IMG/VR virus record: IMGVR_UViG_3300033562_002694
DNA length: 64,000 nucleotides
Source of the DNA: a virus
Strand: one strand, 5' to 3'
The position numbers and the translations under genes were made by a program. Shown in pieces: positions 18,705-27,102 of the stretch (position 1 is the stretch's first letter; every line of letters begins with the position of its first letter). The notes under the pieces were generated by a model that ran no database searches, was not told the DNA's origin, and saw only the letters and a program-made list of their open reading frames with translations.

Positions 18705-19283
18705 TTGAAAATGGGTACAATCGAATTAAGAATGAAAATCAAGAATTTTCTGATTGAATTACATTCGCAATCAGATAATAAAATGGTTTCTGTACGAGAA
18801 ATGTCTTTTGGTGAAATGTTTAAAAATGCTGGTGTTCCAGTAGCTTATCGACAAACTATTCTCGAAATATTAGCACTTGAACATTTATTGATTATTGAAG
18901 GTGAAAGATCATTAACAAAATACAAGTGGGTTTCTTCCGTTTACAATATGGATACACTTTTGGACAAAATTTTTGGACAAATCGAAAAAAACAAAAGTTT
19001 GCCCAAAATCAAAATAGTAAAAGATTTTCCAAAAATAGTAAAACCCAAAGTTATCAAAAAAGAAATTATTAAAAATCGATTCGGTCTTGATGATTTTGGA
19101 TTTTTTATGTTTGAAAATAAAATCGTAAAAGTAAACATATTAGGGATGTGGTTTAATCACGATAAAACAAAAACAACATACCGCGTTACAGACGAAAAAG
19201 AATTAATTGAAGAAATTGAAGGGAATAAATTATTTCATTCCATAACAGATTTGATAGATAATCTCAAAACAACAATGCATTAA
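18705..19283 (+). CDS. Hypothetical protein
   Basis: 192-aa ORF. Confidence 0.7.
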   Translation: MKMGTIELRMKIKNFLIELHSQSDNKMVSVREMSFGEMFKNAGVPVAYRQTILEILALEHLLIIEGERSLTKYKWVSSVYNMDTLLDKIFGQIEKNKSLPKIKIVKDFPKIVKPKVIKKEIIKNRFGLDDFGFFMFENKIVKVNILGMWFNHDKTKTTYRVTDEKELIEEIEGNKLFHSITDLIDNLKTTMH

Positions 19284-19285
19284 AA

Positions 19286-19356
19286 TTCAGACCAAAAATT
19301 ATTTTTAATTTTTGGTCTGAATACTTATATTTTCTTAAAATAGTGGATATATTATA
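19286..19356 (+). promoter_or_regulatory. Stem-loop plus promoter module, copy 2
   Basis: Near-identical to 18220..18290 with a compensatory G-C to A-T stem change; promoter motif 19324..19351. Confidence 0.7.
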
Positions 19357-19391
19357 ATAAAGAATAAATTAACAATTTAAAATTTTTCAGA

Positions 19392-19565
19392 ATGAACAAG
19401 TTAATGTATCTCAAACAGGAATTGACCAAATTACATCCAAATAATGAATTTTATGTTGGAATGCAATGTGGGTTAGTTGAAGCAGGTTATACTGGTAAGA
19501 AATTATCTGACAATACTTGTGCAATAATCACAACTGATGAATATCGTAGATTGTCAAACGATTAA
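19392..19565 (+). CDS. Small hypothetical protein (57 aa, not in ORF track)
   Basis: Manual translation MNKLMYLKQELTKLHP...; first ORF after the promoter. Confidence 0.5.
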   Translation: MNKLMYLKQELTKLHPNNEFYVGMQCGLVEAGYTGKKLSDNTCAIITTDEYRRLSND

Positions 19566-19568
19566 AAT

Positions 19569-20090
19569 ATGAAATACACCCCCCGAATAACTCGAATGAC
19601 TCGCAAAACTCCAAACGATTTTTCAGGTAAAAAATACGAAATCACAGAAATTCAAAATATCTTTAATTTTGTTTTTGCTGGACATGCTATTTTTAGTATT
19701 AAATCACAAGTAACTGAAAAATATTATACTTTCAAAGTTAGTAAAGCGAAAGATAAATCAAATTTCTTTTTTGTTAAGTTACTGACTGGAAGTGATAATA
19801 CGAGTTCATACACTTATATGGGAAAAATCTCAAACGGTGTTTTTTCGTTAACAAGTGCATCACATTACAAAAGCGATAGTATTCCGGTTTTGGCTTTTGA
19901 GATTTTTTTGAAAAATCTTGTTAAGTTGGAAATTCATCCTCAAATGACATTTTATCATATGGGGATATGTGGTAAATGTGGTAGACCTTTGACTGTTCCC
20001 GAATCAATTGAAAGAGGAATTGGCCCTATATGCGTCACAATTCAGACAAAAACATTACACAAAAAATATGAACATTTTAATTTTGATTAA
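19569..20090 (+). CDS. DUF6011-like Zn-finger protein
   Basis: CGKCGRPLTVPESIERGIGPIC motif. Confidence 0.75.
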   Translation: MKYTPRITRMTRKTPNDFSGKKYEITEIQNIFNFVFAGHAIFSIKSQVTEKYYTFKVSKAKDKSNFFFVKLLTGSDNTSSYTYMGKISNGVFSLTSASHYKSDSIPVLAFEIFLKNLVKLEIHPQMTFYHMGICGKCGRPLTVPESIERGIGPICVTIQTKTLHKKYEHFNFD

Positions 20091-20092
20091 TA

Positions 20093-20332
20093 ATGAGAAA
20101 AAAACTTAACAAACCTGAAATGGAATGTCCTTTAATTCCGAAATCTTTTATTCCGAGACAATTAAAAGAGGGAAAAAAATATCAATGGAATATGGGGGCA
20201 GAACCTCTTGAATGTACATATTTACGAAAAGAAGAAACACCCCGATTGTGTTTTGTATTTCAATTGGACAAAAGCACACATAAACTTTCTGTCAAAGATG
20301 TCAAAGATTGGATTTCAGAATTAGAAGGTTAG
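20093..20332 (+). CDS. Hypothetical protein
   Basis: 79-aa ORF. Confidence 0.6.
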   Translation: MRKKLNKPEMECPLIPKSFIPRQLKEGKKYQWNMGAEPLECTYLRKEETPRLCFVFQLDKSTHKLSVKDVKDWISELEG

Positions 20333-20392
20333 ATTAAATTTTGACAAACAGGGAAACGAACCAAAAATATTTAATATTTTTTGGCTTGTTTC

Positions 20393-20420
20393 CCTATATT
20401 TTTTGAAAAAAGTGGATATA
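20393..20420 (+). promoter_or_regulatory. Phage bipartite promoter-like motif
   Basis: CCTATA-N15-GGATATA overlapping the 3' arm of a hairpin (20351..20394). Confidence 0.7.
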
Positions 20421-20470
20421 TAATATATTAAGAATTATTTGATTTAACACTAAAATTAAAAATAACTTGT

Positions 20471-20905
20471 ATGGAATTTACAAAAGAAACGTGTTCTCCT
20501 TGGAAACATGATATTGAGGAAGCATTGAAACTGGTCGCTCAAAAATATGGTTGTTCAATTCATATGGGTGGTGTAAGATATTCCAATGATTCTTTGGAAG
20601 TAAAACTCACATTTAACAAAACAAACAATGCAAACAAAGTGGGAGTTGTTGACAATACTGCGATTTTTACATCAGCATTGAAAAAAGTAGGTTTCCAATA
20701 TGATACAGGAATTGAAGATTTGGGCATAGTTAATCTGGACAATAATTATCGTTTTGTTGGAATTGCTACCAGTCGCTCAAAGTTTCCTTATGCTTTTCAA
20801 AAACCTGACAAAAGTATTACTCTTTATACTTATGAAGGATTTGAACAGATAAGAAAAAAATATCGCGCAATGATTGAGAATAAATCAAAAATCGAAACTC
20901 TCTAA
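20471..20905 (+). CDS. Hypothetical protein
   Basis: 144-aa ORF after a promoter motif. Confidence 0.7.
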   Translation: MEFTKETCSPWKHDIEEALKLVAQKYGCSIHMGGVRYSNDSLEVKLTFNKTNNANKVGVVDNTAIFTSALKKVGFQYDTGIEDLGIVNLDNNYRFVGIATSRSKFPYAFQKPDKSITLYTYEGFEQIRKKYRAMIENKSKIETL

Positions 20906-20959
20906 CTTCAAATAATCGCAATATGTCTGAAAAAAAAAATATTAAAAATTAAATTTGAA

Positions 20960-21157
20960 ATGGGAGAAATGAAAATATTTCCCGATCACGAAATGGTGGA
21001 AAACTGGTTGTTTACTGAAAAAACAGAAGACGAAGCTGGATTGGCATATTACATGGCAAAAATAGCGGAAAAATCGGGAATGGGTGCAAATGATTTGCAA
21101 CATATTTTTCCTGCTGTGCTTCGGATGTTGAAAAACGATTCAAACTGGTCAAAGTAA
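20960..21157 (+). CDS. Hypothetical protein
   Basis: 65-aa ORF. Confidence 0.55.
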   Translation: MGEMKIFPDHEMVENWLFTEKTEDEAGLAYYMAKIAEKSGMGANDLQHIFPAVLRMLKNDSNWSK

Positions 21158-21169
21158 ATCTTATCGAAA

Positions 21170-21583
21170 ATGAAGAAACTAATTGATTTTCAGATTCTTT
21201 CAAAAACAGATATTGATGTTATTTTGAAAAAAGTTCAAAAAGACATTGATTATATTGTTTCAGGCGAAAGAGATAAAGATCGTTTCAAAGAAGAATTAAG
21301 ACTTTCGCTTGGAACGTGGGGACTTGCATTCAAAAAGCAATTGAAAGAAATTGGAATACAATACAAAAACACAAATTTTGCAAGTTGGGAGTTGGGAAAT
21401 CATTTATTCACAATTGAAGTGCCTTATAGTCTTCCACATTTCAATTTCAAGTCAATTGATGATTTTTGTGTTTTTGTTACTGATTTGCAAAAATTTCCTT
21501 TCAGCAAAGTAGGTGATTTTCATTCAATTGAAGAAGTTCTAAAATTTATTGAAACTGAATTTAATTACAAACCAGCCAAATAA
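21170..21583 (+). CDS. Hypothetical protein
   Basis: 137-aa ORF. Confidence 0.7.
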   Translation: MKKLIDFQILSKTDIDVILKKVQKDIDYIVSGERDKDRFKEELRLSLGTWGLAFKKQLKEIGIQYKNTNFASWELGNHLFTIEVPYSLPHFNFKSIDDFCVFVTDLQKFPFSKVGDFHSIEEVLKFIETEFNYKPAK

Positions 21584-21753
21584 TGAAAACTTTTCTAAAA
21601 AAAATCAACAATAAATTATTTCATTGGTTCAATAATGGAGTAGATTATTTCTTTTCTTTTGATGGAAACACAAAACTCTGTTGGATTGTGATTATTATAT
21701 GTTTGATAATTATTGTTTTAATGGTGATTCGATCAATATTTTGGAAAAATTGA
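21583..21753 (+). CDS. Small membrane protein (56 aa, not in ORF track)
   Basis: TAATG overlap with the upstream stop; hydrophobic LCWIVIIICLIIIVLMVI segment. Confidence 0.55.
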   Translation: MKTFLKKINNKLFHWFNNGVDYFFSFDGNTKLCWIVIIICLIIIVLMVIRSIFWKN

Positions 21754-21779
21754 ACAAAACTGAGCAGAAAAAATAAAAA

Positions 21780-21827
21780 TTCAGTCCCAAAACGATATTT
21801 TTTACCGTTTTGGGACTGAATTTTTTT
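21780..21827 (+). terminator. Terminator hairpin before repeat cluster A
   Basis: ttcagtcccaaaacg...cgttttgggactgaa plus T7. Confidence 0.75.
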
Positions 21828-21841
21828 CAAATTTCACTTTT

Positions 21842-22226
21842 ACGCACCAGTAAAATCATCCAATATGTTTGATATATTTGTTTTATAAGGCATATGTCTT
21901 GTCAATTATCGAATATTAATGTTTTACAGGTGCGTTATGACCCTCTGTCGGAGCTTTACGCACCTGTAAAATCATCCCATATGCTTGATATATTTGTTTT
22001 ATAAGGCATATGACTTGACAATTGACGAATGAAAAAGTTTTACTGGTGCGTATTGATAACGTAAGTGATTGGTATTTAGATAGTTATGAAAATTTTATCA
22101 TAACGCACCAGTATGTTAACATATAACAACAATACGCACCAGTAAAAAAGCCTACATACTCTCTTAAATCGGAATGTCAAGACATATGTCTTATCGATTC
22201 GATAATGTTTAAATATACTGGTGCGT
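21842..22226. repeat. Repeat cluster A: three 93-94 bp inverted-repeat units
   Basis: Units 21842-21935, 21958-22051, 22134-22226 bounded by ACGCACC(A/T)GT...AC(A/T)GGTGCGT with internal AAG(A/G)CATATG(T/A)CTT; solo box at 22103. Confidence 0.9.
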
Positions 22227-22293
22227 CAAATTGAAATGACAAAAAAAAAAATCCAAACCAAAATGGTTTGGATTTTTAAGCGTACCAGCAAGA

Positions 22294-22698
22294 TTACTTA
22301 CTTACTTTGGTGTAAATTATGTCCTTAACATTGACATCAATCGGCGCACCGGCGAAGTATTTTGCCAACTGCAGAGTGAAGTCTTTTGGTGAATTGGATT
22401 CAATGGTTGTCAACAGTCGGTAATTGGTCTTGGTTGTGCTGGTGCGGGAAACTTCCTGTGTGCCATTAAATTGGGTATTGAACACTTCAGGGGTTACAAT
22501 TTTGCCGTCCATTTTCAAAACAACAACATTTGTTTTTGTAACATGCACAATGTTCGTGCGGGAAGCTTTATTTGATTTTGAATGTCTCCGCTTACGTTTT
22601 GCAGGTGCGAGGACTCCCATTACTGATTCAATTGACTGTACTTCTGTTGCAGGAACTTCGATCGAAGCTACAACTGCTGTTTTAGCATTTTTTGTCAT
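22294..22698 (-). CDS. Hypothetical protein with basic patch (PAKRKRRHSKSNK)
   Basis: 134-aa ORF with its own promoter motif and terminator. Confidence 0.75.
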   Translation of the reverse strand: MTKNAKTAVVASIEVPATEVQSIESVMGVLAPAKRKRRHSKSNKASRTNIVHVTKTNVVVLKMDGKIVTPEVFNTQFNGTQEVSRTSTTKTNYRLLTTIESNSPKDFTLQLAKYFAGAPIDVNVKDIIYTKVSK

Positions 22699-22761
22699 TG
22701 TTTGAATTGTTTGTTAATTTGTTAGTTTGTTTGTTGTCAGAATGTTGTTCCTGATGTTATA

Positions 22762-22789
22762 TATATCCACTTACTGGAATTAATATAGG
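22762..22789 (-). promoter_or_regulatory. Phage bipartite promoter-like motif (leftward)
   Basis: CCTATA-N15-GGATATA on the minus strand. Confidence 0.75.
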
Positions 22790-22814
22790 CAAATTCGAAA
22801 ATATTTTGAAAATA

Positions 22815-23263
22815 ACGTACCGGTAACATATTATAGTCTTATTTGAGCGTACCAGTAAAGTTATATGCGCACCGGTAAATATAAGTTATATACTTGATAT
22901 TTTAGTCTTGTCAAGACATTATGTTTGTATATTAAAAATATAAAAGGCAAATCCTGGTGCGTATTGTCTTGTTTTACTAACATTAAAGCGCACCAGTGAA
23001 TTTAATTGACAAATCAATGGTATATTGACATATTGGTATATTACTAATCAAATAAGGTATATAAATCATTACTGGTGCGTTAAGTCTTTATATATCAATT
23101 CTATATAATAATGATATAAAAATCCAGTTACATTAAAGCGCACCAGTAATATATTGATATACATCAATACGCACCGGTAATATCTATTCATATTTCTTAT
23201 ATATTATCATAACCTTAGCATATGCCTTAACATTTAGATATTTTATGTTGTTTACTGGTGCGT
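22815..23263. repeat. Repeat cluster B: three 93-96 bp inverted-repeat units
   Basis: Units 22867-22962, 22988-23080, 23169-23263; solo boxes at 22815, 22847, 23138. Confidence 0.88.
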
Positions 23264-23297
23264 TAACTCAAATCTTTTAAAAATAGTTTCCAATTAA

Positions 23298-23325
23298 CCT
23301 ATATATATTTTTAAAAGTGGATATA
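23298..23325 (+). promoter_or_regulatory. Phage bipartite promoter-like motif (rightward)
   Basis: CCTATA-N15-GGATATA. Confidence 0.75.
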
Positions 23326-23397
23326 TATAACATCAGGAACAACATACTTCTTGAGAACAAAACAATATTAATAATTTTAAAAAAACAAACAAACAAA

Positions 23398-24075
23398 ATG
23401 GGAAAAAACAAAGAGAATGTAAAAGGTACGGAACAGGAAAGTCTTGAAATGTCTGAAGGACAGGAAAGTACTGAAACTGGAACAGAAACCCAATTGGGTG
23501 ATGATCTGGAAACTTCCGAAGACGAAAGTGCCCCGGCGGTAATTTTACCGAAATATTCCGACAAAACTTACTTGGAAAGTCAGGAAGCAGAATTTCCTTC
23601 CGATTTGACAAGCAAAAAATTTGACGCCGAACGCGAACCAAAAGTTCAAAGTGGTCTTAAATCAATCGCAGAATTGATGCCTGAAAAAATTAATCCGCTT
23701 GTGCTTTTGCTTGGAAAATGGTGGGAAAACAAAGCAGCTCGTTCAGTTATAAAAGACATGATTGATGCTGAAGCAACTTCCAAAGGAATTGCATCTGACG
23801 TGTACCTCCAAGTTGAACTTCGCAAGAATGTTGACACTTTGTCGACTATCCAGCAGGCTGTTGATCGCATGAAATATGCAATCACTTACTTCAAACCCCG
23901 TGGCGGAATAAGCACAAAGGAAATTTACAAAGTGATGACTATCGACGGCAAAATGTTCAATGTGCCTATGTCAATCCTTGAATCAGCAAAATTGCAGTTT
24001 GGAGACAACAAAGTTGAACTTAAGGCTTTTGTAATTGCACATTCAACTGCAATGGAAATTGAGGAAATTCTCTAA
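23398..24075 (+). CDS. Hypothetical protein, paralog of 14970..15533
   Basis: Start re-assigned to ATG 23398 (the ORF-track start lies inside the promoter); acidic N-terminus, ends MEIEEIL. Confidence 0.8.
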   Translation: MGKNKENVKGTEQESLEMSEGQESTETGTETQLGDDLETSEDESAPAVILPKYSDKTYLESQEAEFPSDLTSKKFDAEREPKVQSGLKSIAELMPEKINPLVLLLGKWWENKAARSVIKDMIDAEATSKGIASDVYLQVELRKNVDTLSTIQQAVDRMKYAITYFKPRGGISTKEIYKVMTIDGKMFNVPMSILESAKLQFGDNKVELKAFVIAHSTAMEIEEIL

Positions 24076-24091
24076 CCTTCACCGGTACGCT

Positions 24092-24125
24092 AAAAATCCG
24101 GTCCATTTTGGACTGGATTTTTTTT
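24092..24125 (+). terminator. Terminator hairpin
   Basis: aaaaatccggtcc-atttt-ggactggattttt plus T-run. Confidence 0.75.
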
Positions 24126-24141
24126 GTCTTATTTCAATTTG

Positions 24142-24520
24142 ACGCACCAGAGATTTCTTCAATTAAATTCAAATTCAAATTAAACAAGACATATGTCTTA
24201 ACAAAGTGATATTTCAGTGTTTTTACTGGTGCGTCGATATATCCCTTTTCATTTCAAACTTGATTTATCTGATATTTCATTTTAACGCACCTGCAATATA
24301 CTCTATTACATCAATACGCACCGGTAAAAAGTCTTCAATTTTGTCTTTTATCAAGTATACAAGACATATGCCTTATATAACTTGAAAATATCTTTTATTT
24401 CTGGTGCGTAGTCTTCACATAGACCTTACGCACCAGTATTTTTCATATTATATTCAATATTTATTTTTAATAAGACAAGTGTCTTGATTATTTCGAAAAT
24501 ATCACCAATCACCGGTGCGT
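24142..24520. repeat. Repeat cluster C: three 93-94 bp inverted-repeat units
   Basis: Units 24142-24234, 24316-24409, 24428-24520; solo box at 24285. Confidence 0.9.
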
Positions 24521-24543
24521 TAATAAAAATATTTGTCAGATCG

Positions 24544-24570
24544 CCTATATTTTACGGTAAAAGTGGATAT
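24544..24570 (+). promoter_or_regulatory. Phage bipartite promoter-like motif
   Basis: CCTATA-N14-GGATATA. Confidence 0.65.
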
Positions 24571-24611
24571 ATATATTAAGAGTAAAATAATTTAATCTAA
24601 AATTTTCGATC

Positions 24612-24791
24612 ATGACAGAAAAAGAAAGTATTGCACGTAAAATTGTTGCCGATACAATTATGCACCATACTGTTCACAGTCAACTTGTGCGTGAAATTGG
24701 TAATGCTTTGAACAAAGGACATTTGAACACTTCATTTGATGAAGTTATCGAAATAGTTAAGAAAATTTCTGAACAACTCGCAAAAGGATAA
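24612..24791 (+). CDS. Small hypothetical protein (59 aa, not in ORF track)
   Basis: Manual translation MTEKESIARKIVADTIMHH... Confidence 0.55.
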   Translation: MTEKESIARKIVADTIMHHTVHSQLVREIGNALNKGHLNTSFDEVIEIVKKISEQLAKG

Positions 24792-24795
24792 AATC

Positions 24796-25020
24796 ATGAC
24801 AGCACAGGAAGCAATTCAAGCCATAGTCACATACCAGACATTGCCAGCACAAATCGACTATAGATTGCCTTGGAAGATTGAGGCAGTCAAAGCAATGGAA
24901 TTTTTAGACACTTTGTCCGATTCAGCTCAACATTTGGCTGAAATTGAATCAAAAGTTGATGCATATTATGCGCCAACAGCTTGTGGATATTCCACAGTTG
25001 AATTGAACGATATATTTTAA
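24796..25020 (+). CDS. Hypothetical protein
   Basis: 74-aa ORF. Confidence 0.6.
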   Translation: MTAQEAIQAIVTYQTLPAQIDYRLPWKIEAVKAMEFLDTLSDSAQHLAEIESKVDAYYAPTACGYSTVELNDIF

Positions 25021-25042
25021 AAATTCGAATTTTGTCCGATTA

Positions 25043-25070
25043 CCTATATTTTTCAGTAAAAGTGGATATA
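25043..25070 (+). promoter_or_regulatory. Phage bipartite promoter-like motif
   Basis: CCTATA-N15-GGATATA. Confidence 0.7.
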
Positions 25071-25121
25071 TGGTAATGAAAGGACATTTTAAAGTTCTGA
25101 AACAAATTTTAATTCAACATT

Positions 25122-25400
25122 ATGGAAAATTTTGAAAATTTTGAAAATTTCTTTGATCATTTTGATGTAAATGGTGATTGGAGTAATTGTAAATTTGATC
25201 CTATAAAAGCAAAAGCAGAACGAAATTCAAAATGTGAGTTAGTTTTATTTTTTCCTGATCCAAGCGATCAAATTATTGCTGATGGATTAATTACAAAAGC
25301 TCAAGAATGTGATATAGAAATTGATCGACTAAAAGCTGAACTTAAGGCAAAATTTCCTGATGTTTACGAACAAAATTTTGGGAAAAAACTTAAAAACTAA
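25122..25400 (+). CDS. Hypothetical protein
   Basis: 92-aa ORF. Confidence 0.65.
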   Translation: MENFENFENFFDHFDVNGDWSNCKFDPIKAKAERNSKCELVLFFPDPSDQIIADGLITKAQECDIEIDRLKAELKAKFPDVYEQNFGKKLKN

Positions 25401-25423
25401 CAAATCACTAAAAACTGAACAAA

Positions 25424-25717
25424 ATGAACTGTCCAACATGTAACGGAACTGGCAAAGTTGAAGTAAAATTTATTACACTTGGTTCAAAAAATCCTCCAGA
25501 ACTTTTCAAAATTAATTGTTCTGATTGTGACGGAAAGGGAGATGTTTCTGAATCCGAAGTGAAAAGAATAATTCGTTTCAAAAAAGCATATGACAATGCT
25601 TGGTGCAAATGTGGTAATCCTTCGAAAAAATCAACTTTTCATCCAAGAGGAACATCAACTTGTGCGAAACATTGTTATACTTGTGATGATTGTAAAAAAA
25701 TCACTCAAATCGGATAA
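25424..25717 (+). CDS. Cys-rich protein with DnaJ-type CxxCxGxG Zn fingers
   Basis: CPTCNGTG, CSDCDGKG and a further CxC..C..HC.TCDDC cluster. Confidence 0.7.
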   Translation: MNCPTCNGTGKVEVKFITLGSKNPPELFKINCSDCDGKGDVSESEVKRIIRFKKAYDNAWCKCGNPSKKSTFHPRGTSTCAKHCYTCDDCKKITQIG

Positions 25718-25720
25718 ATC

Positions 25721-26299
25721 ATGGAAACAAAAATAATTAATCCAATCACCCGAACTTTGGATTTTAATCAGAGAATAACAATTCCTTGTTGGTCTTGCAA
25801 AGATACTGGGAAAGAACTTCATTATACCGAAATTTGTCCTGTTTGTAAGGGCAAAAGAAAACAAATTGTAAATTTTCGTAATAAAAAATGTTCAAATTGC
25901 GAAGGAAAAGGTTATTTGTCTTTAATTGAACCGAAAATTGTTGGCGCGTGTAGAATGTGTGATGGTACTTTGCAAATAGATGTAAAATCAACAAACAATA
26001 TGTTGATTGAAGACAAACTTTGGTATTTTGAAAATTTATTCAATTTTACCGAAACTTACACTGGTAAACATAATGAATTTGCTGAAGAATATCTTGGTTT
26101 TCATATTGTTGCTGGAGTAACTGATTATGGTCGTTATCTCAAAATGACAGAAGATGAATTTCGAACTGAAGTAAAAGAAAATTTTGTTAATGGATTTTTA
26201 CAATATTGTTCAGCAACAAAAAACGGAAAATTACCAGAAAAAGTTTTGATTAGAAGAGGTTCGAATGGTTGGTTTGCTTATCCTATTTACAAACAATAA
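25721..26299 (+). CDS. Protein with DnaJ-type Zn-finger repeats
   Basis: CWSCKDTG, CPVCKGK, CSNCEGKG, CRMCDGT. Confidence 0.7.
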   Translation: METKIINPITRTLDFNQRITIPCWSCKDTGKELHYTEICPVCKGKRKQIVNFRNKKCSNCEGKGYLSLIEPKIVGACRMCDGTLQIDVKSTNNMLIEDKLWYFENLFNFTETYTGKHNEFAEEYLGFHIVAGVTDYGRYLKMTEDEFRTEVKENFVNGFLQYCSATKNGKLPEKVLIRRGSNGWFAYPIYKQ

Positions 26300-26658
26300 A
26301 AACTTAAAAAATGAAAACAACAATTTCGTTTACTTTTCTAGATGGTTTCTGGTTTTTGGTTGTGAAATTATAATTAACGGACAAAGACATTATTGGACAG
26401 AAATTCAAAGTAATAATGGAGTAATCAAAGAAGCTGAAAGATTTGGATTTGTGTTGCCCGAACCAATTAATTTTGTCAAAGTAGAAAAAACATTTATTAT
26501 TTTAAACGAAAAATAAATCGCAAAATGGGAAAATTCACTTTTTGGACTTTTAGTAACGGTCGACCAATAAAAGTTACTATACGGATGGAATTGGAAAATG
26601 CTCGGCAACTTATTAATGATGGTTTTGTATTTTCTGGAATCTGGGAATCTTTTACAAA

Positions 26659-27102
26659 TTGTATTTATCTTTAAAACTTTCAACCATGAAAAAAGTAAAA
26701 TTTGTTGAAGAAGTAAGTAAACCTGAAGGATTATTTGAATTTGTTGAAAAACATAAAATTCGAATGTTAAAAACAGGGAAAAAAGGTATAATGGGAGGAG
26801 ATGAATATGAATTTGTTGGTGACGAAAAATCAATCAAAAAAATGATTGATGAATTTTGGCAAGAACCAAATTTATACTTTTCAATTGAACCTTACGACCA
26901 ATTACCATATTTGGTAACAACAGGAAGAACCGCACATGAACTTCAAACGAAAGTCAATAAATACATAAATGAAGGGTATATCACTGTTGGTTCACATTAT
27001 GTAATAGTTTTGGATCAAACATATACTTATGCTGGAGCTCAACCAAGAACTGTTATTTCTGAAAGAGAATATTCACAAACCTTGATACTCAACTTCCCAT
27101 GA
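26659..27102 (+). CDS. Hypothetical protein (likely start ~26686)
   Basis: MKKVKFVEEV... coding-like segment. Confidence 0.6.
   Translation: MYLSLKLSTMKKVKFVEEVSKPEGLFEFVEKHKIRMLKTGKKGIMGGDEYEFVGDEKSIKKMIDEFWQEPNLYFSIEPYDQLPYLVTTGRTAHELQTKVNKYINEGYITVGSHYVIVLDQTYTYAGAQPRTVISEREYSQTLILNFP

Noticed and set aside
21842-24520. CRISPR array
   Set aside because: The repeats are 10-bp boxes in inverted pairs rather than 25-40 bp direct repeats with unique spacers, and no cas gene is present in the window.
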